From Rubeoparvulum massiliense (GTDB lineage Bacteria; Bacillota; Bacilli; Rubeoparvulales; Rubeoparvulaceae), in the NCBI RefSeq assembly GCF_001049895.1, contig NZ_CVPE01000006.1, forward strand, positions 176,441-208,440: DNA of 32,000 bases, written 5' to 3'. The notes below the pieces were generated by a model. It was not told the origin of the DNA, did no database searches, and worked only from the letters and a program-made list of their open reading frames with translations. A program made the translations under genes and the position numbers. Below, piece by piece: positions 1-8,038 of this stretch (positions within the stretch are counted from its first letter, which is position 1; the number at the start of each line of letters is the position of its first letter).

Positions 1-120
1 TACATATATCCTCTGCTATGTTTAGCTTCTGTCATGTTATCCACCCCAATCATAATATAACATATATCAGATATTTTACAGGTTATTACCACTAAATATC
101 AGAATTTTTTCTAATCACTA

Positions 121-600
121 AGTTAATAGATGCTGGACAATTGACGTGTCAAAAGACACGCTTTGTCCGAAGCCGTTTCATCTCATGGTTAAAGCCACGA
201 GTGTTCTCGGCTATTCCATAAAATAATATAAGGGGTCTTGATGACCTCGATGGGCACCACTTCATCATCAATAAACCTTTTTAGGATCGCTTGAAGTAAT
301 AATACATCATGAACTTTTTGAAATTCGTGATTTCAGAAAGTTTCTGAATGAGAGCAGAATAGGAGGCTTTAGGAAGAACTGGATACTTTAAAATAGCTAC
401 ATTCAATCTGGAGGATTAAACCGTGTTGTAACCTTCTCCGCAAGTCTTTCACCGGGGGAATCCGTGCGATGATTCAGGCAATAAACAAGTATAACATCGT
501 TTCTTTGTTGATTTCCATTGAAGCTTCATGGAGGGACTTTTTGGAGATCGTCTGAAGAATAGAGACCGTGTCCAGAATGGAAAAAATGCATCAAAACATC
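121..600 (-). pseudogene. decayed DDE transposase N-terminal remnant (IS1182/IS5-like)
   Basis: The reverse strand encodes frame-shifted, stop-containing fragments such as '...KETMLYLFIA*IIARIPPVKDLRRRLQHGL' and 'YPVLPKASYSALIQKLSEITNFKKFHDVLLLQAILKRFIDDEVVPIE'. These resemble the N-terminal part of IS1182-type transposases (KDLxxRLxxD, SYSxLIxKLSE, LLLQAIxxxFIDD). Confidence 0.5.
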
Positions 601-907
601 GGGGAAGTTCTGTGTCGAATAAATCTTATATCCCAAATAAGTCACCTTGTAATATAATGGTAATAAGGAGTTCTCCTCCAATCTCAGGGTTTTGGTTGCA
701 ATTAGTTTTTTCGAGATTTGAGGAATTACTCCTTGTTCTAGGCGTTAAAGCCTTGAAACTGTTGGGCATAAATTTATGAAAATGATTCATTTAATATCCT
801 GACTATATTTTTATCCCATGCAAAGAAATATAGAAAAATAAAATAAAGAAGGATATTAATGGGTATATAAGATCCATTTAAAAAACCATATGCTACCATT
901 AAAATAG

Positions 908-2491
908 ATGGAAAAAGGCTACTTCTTATTCAATGATTTTCAAAGGAAGGAGGAACTTGTCATATCAACTTATTATCAGCGATTAATCTCGTATTTGATC
1001 CTCTTCTTTTTACTCTGTTTTTGGATAACAGTCCTAATTGCTCCTGCAGTATATAGCTCCAGTGGACCATTCTCTCCGGATGATTTCTCTTATCCAACCG
1101 ATCTCAAACCTACATACTATCCTACACCCCAAGTAGTAGTCCCCAATGGTACCTCTGATGCAGGTACTGTTACACTTCCTACGATAGAAGTAGACTCCGT
1201 CCAACTAACAGCCTTGGAAATTGCATACCATAGTATAAGTGAAGTTGTATCTCATACTTTGGAGCAAATTAAGATCTATGCGCCAATTGGATGGGAACAA
1301 GGTTCCAAATGGTTCGCCGCTTTTGTAATTCAACCTACTACCTATCATTTCCACGTTCTCTATAATAGTAGAATAGATTCACTAGCATATTGGCATGCAT
1401 TCTTCAATCTTACACTAATGCTTAGTACAATTGTACTAAGCACGATTGTTGCTAGGCAGATCGGAGGCCAATATGTTGCTTCATCCATGCTATGGAATAG
1501 TCTCCAATATGGTCGCTTCAGTATTGGAATACTTCCAGTAACAACTACAACCACCTCCCGATTGATTTCTTCTAGTTGGATAGGCGGATGGATAAGGGGT
1601 AAACTCCCCATCCGAGAGGCTTTTGCCAGTAGGTTTTGGAAAGGAAGAAAGAGCAAGACTTCGGTGATAAATGCTTCTTCTGTTATGAGAGTAAGGCCAC
1701 AACAGTTAGGAGTCATTAGAAATCCATTGACAGGGAATCAGCCACGTTCTTTACAGTCAAAACCAGGTACGATACGATATGCTCAAGTAAATAAGTACCT
1801 AAAAAACAAATTACTTGAGGGGAAAGGGTATCGAGGTGGTGGAGGCTTTTCATTTCGGGGCGAGTTTCGTCAACAGATCGATGCTCCGAGATCAAGTCCC
1901 CCTGCATCTGCGAATCGTGGAAATACATCGAGTTCTTCTAGTTCAGGAAGTAGATCTACGTCAGGATCGATTCGAGGGAATAAGTTTCAATTGCCTAAAA
2001 ACTATAAGGAATACATCAAAGCTGTTGAAAATATGGGTCCAATCTATCGCATCACTAGAGAGCGTTTAAAACTGCCCAGTTCATCCTCCTCTCAGGGAAC
2101 GAAAGGGAAGGGTGAAACTAGACCTACCTGGAAACAGTCCGAAAAGGATGTGGCCAAGGAATATCCAGGCTATAAAGAACAGCAATCTTTTAAAGGCGGG
2201 GAGTCAGTGCAACATGGTACGAGGGGAAGTTCGAGGCCAGATCTTTATATTAAGGGTCATAGTATTGAGGTCAAAAATTATAATGTGACAACTACCTCAG
2301 GTCGAAGCAATTTGGTAAATAACGTATCTAATCAAGTGAATAAAAGAGTAAGTGATTTGCCTATAGGTACAAAACAAACTGTAATTATTGATGTTAGAGG
2401 ACAAAACGTTAGTAGACAGATATTACGAGAGATTAAGTTAGCAATAAATAACAAGACAAATGGAATAGCCAACATTATTTTTAAACAGTAG
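908..2491 (+). CDS. membrane-anchored polymorphic toxin-like protein with C-terminal restriction-endonuclease-fold (PD-(D/E)xK-like) domain
   Basis: N-terminal TM helix (LISYLILFFLLCFWITVLIAPAVY) and a second hydrophobic segment, then a Gly/Ser-rich low-complexity linker. The C-terminus 'ESVQHGTRGSSRPDLYIKGHSIEVKNYNVTT...LPIGTKQTVIIDVRGQ' carries PD...EVK nuclease-type motifs. An Imm70-like gene follows immediately. Confidence 0.75.
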   Translation: MEKGYFLFNDFQRKEELVISTYYQRLISYLILFFLLCFWITVLIAPAVYSSSGPFSPDDFSYPTDLKPTYYPTPQVVVPNGTSDAGTVTLPTIEVDSVQLTALEIAYHSISEVVSHTLEQIKIYAPIGWEQGSKWFAAFVIQPTTYHFHVLYNSRIDSLAYWHAFFNLTLMLSTIVLSTIVARQIGGQYVASSMLWNSLQYGRFSIGILPVTTTTTSRLISSSWIGGWIRGKLPIREAFASRFWKGRKSKTSVINASSVMRVRPQQLGVIRNPLTGNQPRSLQSKPGTIRYAQVNKYLKNKLLEGKGYRGGGGFSFRGEFRQQIDAPRSSPPASANRGNTSSSSSSGSRSTSGSIRGNKFQLPKNYKEYIKAVENMGPIYRITRERLKLPSSSSSQGTKGKGETRPTWKQSEKDVAKEYPGYKEQQSFKGGESVQHGTRGSSRPDLYIKGHSIEVKNYNVTTTSGRSNLVNNVSNQVNKRVSDLPIGTKQTVIIDVRGQNVSRQILREIKLAINNKTNGIANIIFKQ

Positions 2492-2494
2492 GAT

Positions 2495-2920
2495 GTGAAT
2501 AAGATGGCAGTAGGTTTTTTAGTAGATTGCTTTTTTTATGAGGTTGGGAGAGGTGATTTTCTTCATTCATTTTTCTCAACAATTTCTTACCACTTAGAGA
2601 CGGAAGGATGGGGAACGAAATACCCCTATTTATTAAAAAGGCTATACAGGGATAAACTTTCATGGCTTGATGTAGGCAAGGCGCGTGAAGAATTAAGAGA
2701 TATTGAACGCCAATTGCAAGTGATGAGTCCAGATAAAGTAATATGGGACATTGATGATTTATCTCAAAAGCCTCCTTGGGGAGAAAATATTAGTCCAAAA
2801 GTAACAAATCTCGCAAACTATTTTGCTTCAAGTGATGGGAGAACTTTTTTTGAGTTACTATATGCTGCTTTTCAGGTTGCGGAAGAGGATAGGTGTGATA
2901 TTATTATTCACCAGGTATAA
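2495..2920 (+). CDS. Imm70-like immunity protein
   Basis: Starts a few nt after the toxin stop. 'MAVGFLVDCFFYEVGRGDFLHSFFSTISYHLE...WGTKYPYLLKRLY...DKVIWDIDDLSQKPPWGENISP...LANYFASSDGRTFFELL' matches my recollection of the Imm70 family. Start is GTG 2495 or ATG 2504. Confidence 0.8.
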   Translation: MNKMAVGFLVDCFFYEVGRGDFLHSFFSTISYHLETEGWGTKYPYLLKRLYRDKLSWLDVGKAREELRDIERQLQVMSPDKVIWDIDDLSQKPPWGENISPKVTNLANYFASSDGRTFFELLYAAFQVAEEDRCDIIIHQV

Positions 2921-2965
2921 GGGGTCAGTCCCCCAGTGCGTTAAAGCGACGGGGGACTGACCCCT
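2921..2965. repeat. palindromic repeat copy 1 (GGGGTCAGTCCCCC...GGGGGACTGACCCC), candidate terminator
   Basis: Perfect 14-bp inverted arms 2921-2934 and 2952-2965. Begins at the base immediately after the immunity-gene TAA. Confidence 0.85.
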
Positions 2966-3106
2966 ATGTAATTATATCAACCTTGTGAAATTAGGAACAA
3001 AACAGTTCCATCTCACAGTAAAAGTTGTTAAGATATGTTGGGTCGATTTGAACAGGTAGATATTATCAGACAACATGAGTTGTTTTGCAGAAAAAAGGTG
3101 AAATCC

Positions 3107-3859
3107 TTGGATTCATTGTTTATCATACTATTAGTGATTGGGACGATCTCCTCATTTATTGGAACCTTAGCAGGTGGAGGTGGTCTAATCACTCTACCAG
3201 CCATGATGCTTGTAGGCATTCCTATCCATACAGGCATTGCTACGAATAAGTTTTCTTCAGCCTTTGCTGCATTAACCAGTGTCTCCTATTTACTCAAAGA
3301 GAAGCAGCTAACAGCTAAGGCCATTGGCTTTCTCGTCATGGTAGCTGCATTTGGAGGATTATTCGGCGCACTCATTACTGCCAGCATTGCAGAAAAGGCC
3401 ATGAATATTGTTGCCTTTATCCTTCTGCTTTTTGCCTTAGTTTTTACATTAGCCAATCGCAAATTGGGTGAGGTAGAGCAGAAGGAGAGTATGCCCCCTA
3501 GTTTTATCTCGAAAACGATGCCATTCTTGATCGCAACCTATGATGGTGGCTTCGGTCCCGGTTCATCTACATTTGGTATTCTCCACTATATGAATCAGCG
3601 AAGCACCTATATAAAAGCGGTTCAATTAACCAGGGTTCTCACCCTAGGTAGTAGCATCGGTGCCTTTCTTGTTTTTTATCAGACAGGCTATGTGAATTGG
3701 CATCATGCCATCGCCATGGCCATCGGCTCCGCACTAGGCTCCCAGCTAGGGTTGCTACTAGTGCCAAAGATTCCGCTCCGCTATGCGAAAGTGTTATTAC
3801 TAACCATCATGTTTTTACTGGTGGGAGAAGTGTTATATAAGATTCTGCAAGTGGTATAA
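3107..3859 (+). CDS. sulfite exporter TauE/SafE family membrane protein
   Basis: 'TISSFIGTLAGGGGLITLPAMMLVGIPIHTGIATNKFSSAFAALTS' and a multi-TM profile typical of TauE/SafE. TTG at 3107 with AAAGGTG upstream is the likely start (the ORF track extends to 3035). Confidence 0.85.
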   Translation: MDSLFIILLVIGTISSFIGTLAGGGGLITLPAMMLVGIPIHTGIATNKFSSAFAALTSVSYLLKEKQLTAKAIGFLVMVAAFGGLFGALITASIAEKAMNIVAFILLLFALVFTLANRKLGEVEQKESMPPSFISKTMPFLIATYDGGFGPGSSTFGILHYMNQRSTYIKAVQLTRVLTLGSSIGAFLVFYQTGYVNWHHAIAMAIGSALGSQLGLLLVPKIPLRYAKVLLLTIMFLLVGEVLYKILQVV

Positions 3860-3860
3860 A

Positions 3861-3916
3861 AAGGGGTCAGTCCCCCACTGCGTTAAAGCTTTAACGTGGT
3901 GGGGGACTGACCCCTT
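3861..3916. repeat. palindromic repeat copy 2, likely bidirectional terminator
   Basis: AAGGGGTCAGTCCCCCACTGCGTTAAAGCTTTAACGTGGTGGGGGACTGACCCCTT is almost fully self-complementary. It lies 1 nt after the TauE stop and between convergent genes. Confidence 0.85.
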
Positions 3917-3920
3917 ATTG

Positions 3921-4667
3921 TTATTGATATTCTTCCCTAGGTTGAAACTCCTCTTGAAAGGTCTGTCCCCGTCGAAATAGATTGCGAGCGAGGTAGACAA
4001 AGGGTGTATCCAGTAAGGCCACGAACCACTTAATCACATAGGTGGTGATAATAATATCGATGAAGACGTCGGTAGGATAGACGCCGATAAAAGCAACGGT
4101 GGTAAAAACCAAGGTATCAATGAGCTGGCTGATCATGGTGCTACCATTGTTACGAAGCCAGAGGTAGCGGTCGCCGGGGAAGTGCTCACGCCACTTCTCA
4201 AAGGCCCAGATATCGAAGCGCTGACTGATCAAGTAAGCTAGTAGACTGGCGATCACGATCCTTGGCATAAAGCCAAAGATGGTCAGCAATGACTCATGGG
4301 CAAAGTCATCGGCTGCTGGGATAAACCAGAGGACAATCTGCATAATAATCATCGTAGAGAGCAAGGTAAAAAAGCCCACCTGTACGCCCTTGGCTGCAGC
4401 CTTCTTGCCATAGATTTCGGACAGAATATCGGTGGCTAAGTAGCTGGTTCCATAGACGATATTCCCCAATGTGGCCACCACGAAGAAAAAGTCCACTGTT
4501 TTGACCACCTGAAGATTAGCAATGATGGCCGCGATGGCAATCCAAAAATAAAGCCCTGTCTTTCCAAACCATTTAAATGCAAGAATAATGGCGGAAAAAT
4601 TGACAATGAGAAGTATGAACCAATAGAGCACATTGGCATACTCCGGAGAAAAATGAAGCGGATTCAA
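3921..4667 (-). CDS. queuosine precursor transporter, YhhQ/COG1738 (DUF165) family
   Basis: 'VATLGNIVYGTSYLATDILSEIYGKKAA...RNNGSTMISQLIDTLVFTTVAF' is the YhhQ family signature. TTG start at 4667 has an AAGGAG RBS upstream. The ORF-track N-terminus (to 4796) overlaps a promoter and a riboswitch. Confidence 0.85.
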   Translation of the reverse strand: MNPLHFSPEYANVLYWFILLIVNFSAIILAFKWFGKTGLYFWIAIAAIIANLQVVKTVDFFFVVATLGNIVYGTSYLATDILSEIYGKKAAAKGVQVGFFTLLSTMIIMQIVLWFIPAADDFAHESLLTIFGFMPRIVIASLLAYLISQRFDIWAFEKWREHFPGDRYLWLRNNGSTMISQLIDTLVFTTVAFIGVYPTDVFIDIIITTYVIKWFVALLDTPFVYLARNLFRRGQTFQEEFQPREEYQ

Positions 4668-4685
4668 TTGTATCGACTCCTTATA

Positions 4686-4724
4686 CCGTAGTTTTGTTTT
4701 AGGACAGGATATTGCGAACTGTCC
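4686..4724 (-). promoter_or_regulatory. preQ1-I riboswitch candidate
   Basis: Minus strand GGACAG-TTCGCAATATC-CTGTCC-TAAAACAAAACTACGG: 6-bp P1, 11-nt loop and an A-rich tail. Organization and motifs match preQ1-I aptamers (UUCGCA/UCGCAGUAA loop; AACAAAAC/CUA tail). Located between a -10 box and the RBS of a queuosine precursor transporter. Confidence 0.8.
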
Positions 4725-4743
4725 GTGTAGATCACAAGGACAT

Positions 4744-4772
4744 ATTATACCATAGCATGGTGTATTCGTCTT
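4744..4772 (-). promoter_or_regulatory. sigmaA-type promoter for the queuosine transporter
   Basis: Minus-strand TATAAT at 4749-4744. Weak -35 (AAGACG) 17 bp upstream. Confidence 0.5.
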
Positions 4773-4845
4773 GATGATTTTATGGAAAAAGAACACGTGT
4801 TCGCAAATCGTTACATATTAACGTATAATATAAGGAAATGAGACT

Positions 4846-5361
4846 GTGCTTTTACCTCTAAAGGTGAAGTATTCGCAGAGCTACACTGGTTGCTACTCTC
4901 ACGAAGCGCAAGCAGAAGATAAAGGGGTGAATCCTCCGATGGTGGAGAATGATGGTGTATTATATTTTCCTGCTGAGTACGAAGCGTTTGTTCAGCTCGT
5001 TCGCCAACAGGTGGTGCTTCAGCTCCTTTGGCGAATGGTCATCTATGATCAAGAAAGGCTAAAAGCAGAGACGGAGCAGACCATCAAGGCAGCTCGGATT
5101 TTTCATGCCTATCTCCAAGCGGTGGAGCCGAAAATTATCGAGAATGTGAAGCAGGTGAAGCGTGATCTCCGCCAATTAGGTGGTCAAATCCTCCAAGAGA
5201 AGCAGGAGAAGCATGTTCGCGTCGTGGAAGCGCGCTTTCGAGGTTTTATTTATACCCAGCATTTTCATAATGTATTCCTCAAAACCTTATGTGAACAAGA
5301 ATTATTGGCTTATCTCGGCGATGTAGACGGAAGTTTGTTGATGAAACAAATGTTTGTATAG
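4846..5361 (+). CDS. hypothetical protein
   Basis: 171-codon ORF, coding-like composition, no recognised family. Start uncertain. Confidence 0.55.
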   Translation: MLLPLKVKYSQSYTGCYSHEAQAEDKGVNPPMVENDGVLYFPAEYEAFVQLVRQQVVLQLLWRMVIYDQERLKAETEQTIKAARIFHAYLQAVEPKIIENVKQVKRDLRQLGGQILQEKQEKHVRVVEARFRGFIYTQHFHNVFLKTLCEQELLAYLGDVDGSLLMKQMFV

Positions 5362-5433
5362 AGCTCGCTTTTGTGATAAAATGTAAAAAGAAATTGTGAA
5401 AAAGAGTACAGGAATTGAACGTGAGGTGGAACG

Positions 5434-6555
5434 ATGACAGAGAAAGAGCGACAAATATTACAGATCATTAAGGAACAGCCTTTTTTATCACAGGCGGAGC
5501 TCGCTGAACGGTGTGGCTTATCACGGTCAGCTGTGGCAGGCTATATTTCACAATTGATGAAAAAGGGTGAGATTATTGGACGTGCCTATATTCTCCGTGA
5601 GCATGCTCCCATTACCTGCATCGGGGGCGCTAATGTGGACTGGAAGGCGCAGGCCCTCGATCCCTTTGAAATGTATACATCCAATCCAGGCAAGGTGGAT
5701 AAATCTACCGGCGGTGTGGCACGTAATATGGCGGAGAATTTAGCCCGCTTAGGGGTAGAGGTGCAGTTGGTTAGTATCGTCGGTCGTGATGAAGAAGGGG
5801 AATGGCTCCGTGAGCAAACAGCAGCCAATGGTGTGGATGTCCATGGCATTATTCAGTCCGTCACATCGCGGACAGGCAGTTACATGGCTGTCATCAATGG
5901 TGCAGGTGAGATGGTGACCGCCATTGCCGATATGGGAATTTATGATGAGCTGACACCGGATCAGCTCTCCCATCTTCAAGCGCGTCTTGCCAAGTCAGAC
6001 TGGCATGTGCTAGACACCAACATCCCTAAAGAGACCATTGAATCCCATATCAAGTTTGTGAAGGAGCGGGGAGGTAAGGTGGTCGTTGATCCTGTCTCCA
6101 ATGTGAAGGCCATGAAGCTGCGGGATACGCTTTCCCTCATCGATGTCTTTGTTCCTAATCGCTATGAAGCAGCGGCCTTAACTGGAATTGATACATCCAC
6201 GCTGGATGGCTGCATCGATGCAGTGCAGTATTTCCGCCAGCTGGGGGTAGAGCTGCCGATAATCACCATGGCGGAGCAAGGTGTGCTCTTTGCCAATTAC
6301 GATGGGATCTTCCAAGTGACATGTAACCCAGTGCCTGTAAAGGACGTAACGGGTGCAGGTGATGCCTTTGCCGCAGGCTTAATCTACGCACTTCATCAAG
6401 GTGAGGAAGACCTGATGGCGATCCAATGTGGCATGAATACGGCCAATATCACCATTCAATCCAGTCAGACCGTCGCCCCAGAGATGTCCTTGGATACCAT
6501 GCGGCGCGAGTTGAAGCAGACTGAGTTTCATGTGAAGCGCTTGTCTAAACGTTAA
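5434..6555 (+). CDS. psuK: PfkB-family (pseudouridine) kinase with N-terminal winged HTH
   Basis: N-terminal 'TEKERQILQIIKEQPFLSQAELAERCGLSRSAVAGYISQLMKKGEIIGRAYIL' HTH, PfkB motifs 'NPGKVDKSTGGVARNMAENLARLG' and 'DVTGAGDAFAAGL'. Followed by psuG. Confidence 0.85.
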   Translation: MTEKERQILQIIKEQPFLSQAELAERCGLSRSAVAGYISQLMKKGEIIGRAYILREHAPITCIGGANVDWKAQALDPFEMYTSNPGKVDKSTGGVARNMAENLARLGVEVQLVSIVGRDEEGEWLREQTAANGVDVHGIIQSVTSRTGSYMAVINGAGEMVTAIADMGIYDELTPDQLSHLQARLAKSDWHVLDTNIPKETIESHIKFVKERGGKVVVDPVSNVKAMKLRDTLSLIDVFVPNRYEAAALTGIDTSTLDGCIDAVQYFRQLGVELPIITMAEQGVLFANYDGIFQVTCNPVPVKDVTGAGDAFAAGLIYALHQGEEDLMAIQCGMNTANITIQSSQTVAPEMSLDTMRRELKQTEFHVKRLSKR

Positions 6556-6590
6556 CAGCAAAGAATAACTAGAGAAAGGGGTCATAGCAC

Positions 6591-7502
6591 ATGAAAGAGT
6601 ACATGGTGATTCATCCAGAAGTTGCAGCAGCATTAGCAGCTCATCAACCAGTCGTCGCATTAGAGTCAACGATTATTTCCCATGGGATGCCCTATCCCGA
6701 TAATGTGGAGACGGCATTGGCTGTGGAGGAGGTCATCCGTCAGCAGGGTGTTGTTCCTGCTACCATCGCAATCCTACAGGGGAAGATCCATATTGGCTTG
6801 ACGAAGGACGAAATTGAATACTTAGGTAAGGCAACCGGCGTACGCAAGGTGAGCCGTCGCGATTTCCCTGTGGTCTTGGCGAAGGGCTTAGACGGTGCTA
6901 CCACAGTGGCTGCCACCATGATCTGTGCAGAGCGAGCAGGTATTCCTGTCTTCGTTACAGGAGGAATCGGTGGTGTACATCGGGGCGCAGAAACCACCAT
7001 GGATATCTCCGCCGATTTACAAGAGCTAGCTCATACCAATGTGGCAGTAGTCTGTGCAGGGGCCAAGTCCATCCTCGATCTGGGCTTAACCCTAGAATAC
7101 CTAGAAACATTCGGCGTTCCAGTGGTTGGCTATCAAACCGAGGACTTTCCTGCCTTCTTTACACGGAAGAGCGGCTACGGTGTAGATGTAAGCGCAGAGA
7201 ATCCTGAGGATGTGGCAAAAATGATGAAGGCCAAATGGGATCTTCAGCTCCATGGTGGGATGGTCATCGCCAACCCCATTCCGGAAGCAGATGCCATGTC
7301 CAATGAGGAGATGGAAGGGATTATTCAGCAAGCGCTACAGCGTGCTGAAGCCGAAGGGATTAAAGGGAAGCGAGTTACCCCCTTCCTCCTCTCAGAAGTG
7401 AAGGAGGCCACCCATGGGCGGAGCCTCGTGGCCAATATTGCTCTGGTGAAGCATAATGCAGTGGTAGGGGCGGCTATTGCCAAGGCCTATGCGGCTCTCT
7501 AG
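6591..7502 (+). CDS. psuG: pseudouridine-5'-phosphate glycosidase
   Basis: '[27 protein letters not shown]', '[14 protein letters not shown]', '[31 protein letters not shown]' are hallmark PsuG/IndA motifs. Confidence 0.95.
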   Translation: MKEYMVIHPEVAAALAAHQPVVALESTIISHGMPYPDNVETALAVEEVIRQQGVVPATIAILQGKIHIGLTKDEIEYLGKATGVRKVSRRDFPVVLAKGLDGATTVAATMICAERAGIPVFVTGGIGGVHRGAETTMDISADLQELAHTNVAVVCAGAKSILDLGLTLEYLETFGVPVVGYQTEDFPAFFTRKSGYGVDVSAENPEDVAKMMKAKWDLQLHGGMVIANPIPEADAMSNEEMEGIIQQALQRAEAEGIKGKRVTPFLLSEVKEATHGRSLVANIALVKHNAVVGAAIAKAYAAL

Positions 7503-7572
7503 TATGGAGGCAGAGCTGTTCTAGGTGGAGTATGGCTGTTGGTACTTCGATAAAAATCGGATTGATCGAGTT

Positions 7573-7609
7573 AAAAAGGTGGCGGTAAATGGAACCGTCA
7601 CCTTTTTTT
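7573..7609 (+). terminator. intrinsic terminator after psuG
   Basis: AAAAAGGTGGCGGTaaatggaACCGTCACCTTTTTTT stem-loop plus T-run. Confidence 0.85.
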
Positions 7610-7639
7610 CATTGTCAACAAGAGTTATTTGGCGTACAA

Positions 7640-7665
7640 TACATTCAAACAGACATTTGAATGTA
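7640..7665. promoter_or_regulatory. ArsR/CadC/CzrA-type operator
   Basis: Perfect inverted repeat TACATTCAAA-cagaca-TTTGAATGTA directly upstream of the ArsR-family gene. TGAA/TTCA core as in ArsR/SmtB operators. Confidence 0.75.
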
Positions 7666-7669
7666 AGGG

Positions 7670-8038
7670 ATGATGATGATGGTAGCAGATCGCTGTGATA
7701 TCTATCAATTTGATAAAAATAAAGTGGAGCATAGTCAAACAGCATTGGCCCAAATTCCTGCAGAGGGGATGGTGGCCATCTTTAAGGCGTTGGCCGATGC
7801 CACAAGGATGAAGGTAGCCTATGCACTCAGTATTGAAGCGGAGCTCTGCGTCTGTGATGTAGCCAATATTATCGGTGCCTCCACTGCCACGGCCTCTCAT
7901 CATCTGCGCTATCTCTTAAAGCGCCAGGTGGTAAAATTTCGTCGCGATGGGAAGATGGTCTATTACTCCTTAAAGGATGAACATGTGAAGCAGCTCTTAG
8001 AAATCGCCTACCTCCATGCAAAGGAGGAACAACGATGA
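7670..8038 (+). CDS. cadC: ArsR/SmtB-family metal-sensing repressor (CadC-like)
   Basis: 'EGMVAIFKALADATRMKVAYALSIEAELCVCDVANIIGASTATASHHLRYLLKRQVVKFRRDGKMVYYSLKDEHV' includes the ELCVCDVA metal-binding motif. Exact start uncertain (several ATG). Confidence 0.9.
   Translation: MMMMVADRCDIYQFDKNKVEHSQTALAQIPAEGMVAIFKALADATRMKVAYALSIEAELCVCDVANIIGASTATASHHLRYLLKRQVVKFRRDGKMVYYSLKDEHVKQLLEIAYLHAKEEQR

Noticed and set aside
528-779. 83-aa plus-strand ORF upstream of the toxin gene
   Set aside because: It overlaps the decayed transposase on the other strand, has no recognisable domain or RBS, and looks like a chance frame.
1421-1440. Perfect 20-bp palindrome CTTAGTACAATTGTACTAAG inside the toxin gene
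   Set aside because: It coincides with a coding repeat for LSTIVLSTIV in a TM segment and has no promoter or insertion context, so it is probably incidental.
4668-4796. N-terminal extension of the YhhQ-family ORF (MFFFHKIIKTNTPCYGIICPC...)
   Set aside because: The region contains a -10 box and the preQ1-like aptamer. The real start is TTG 4667 behind AAGGAG.
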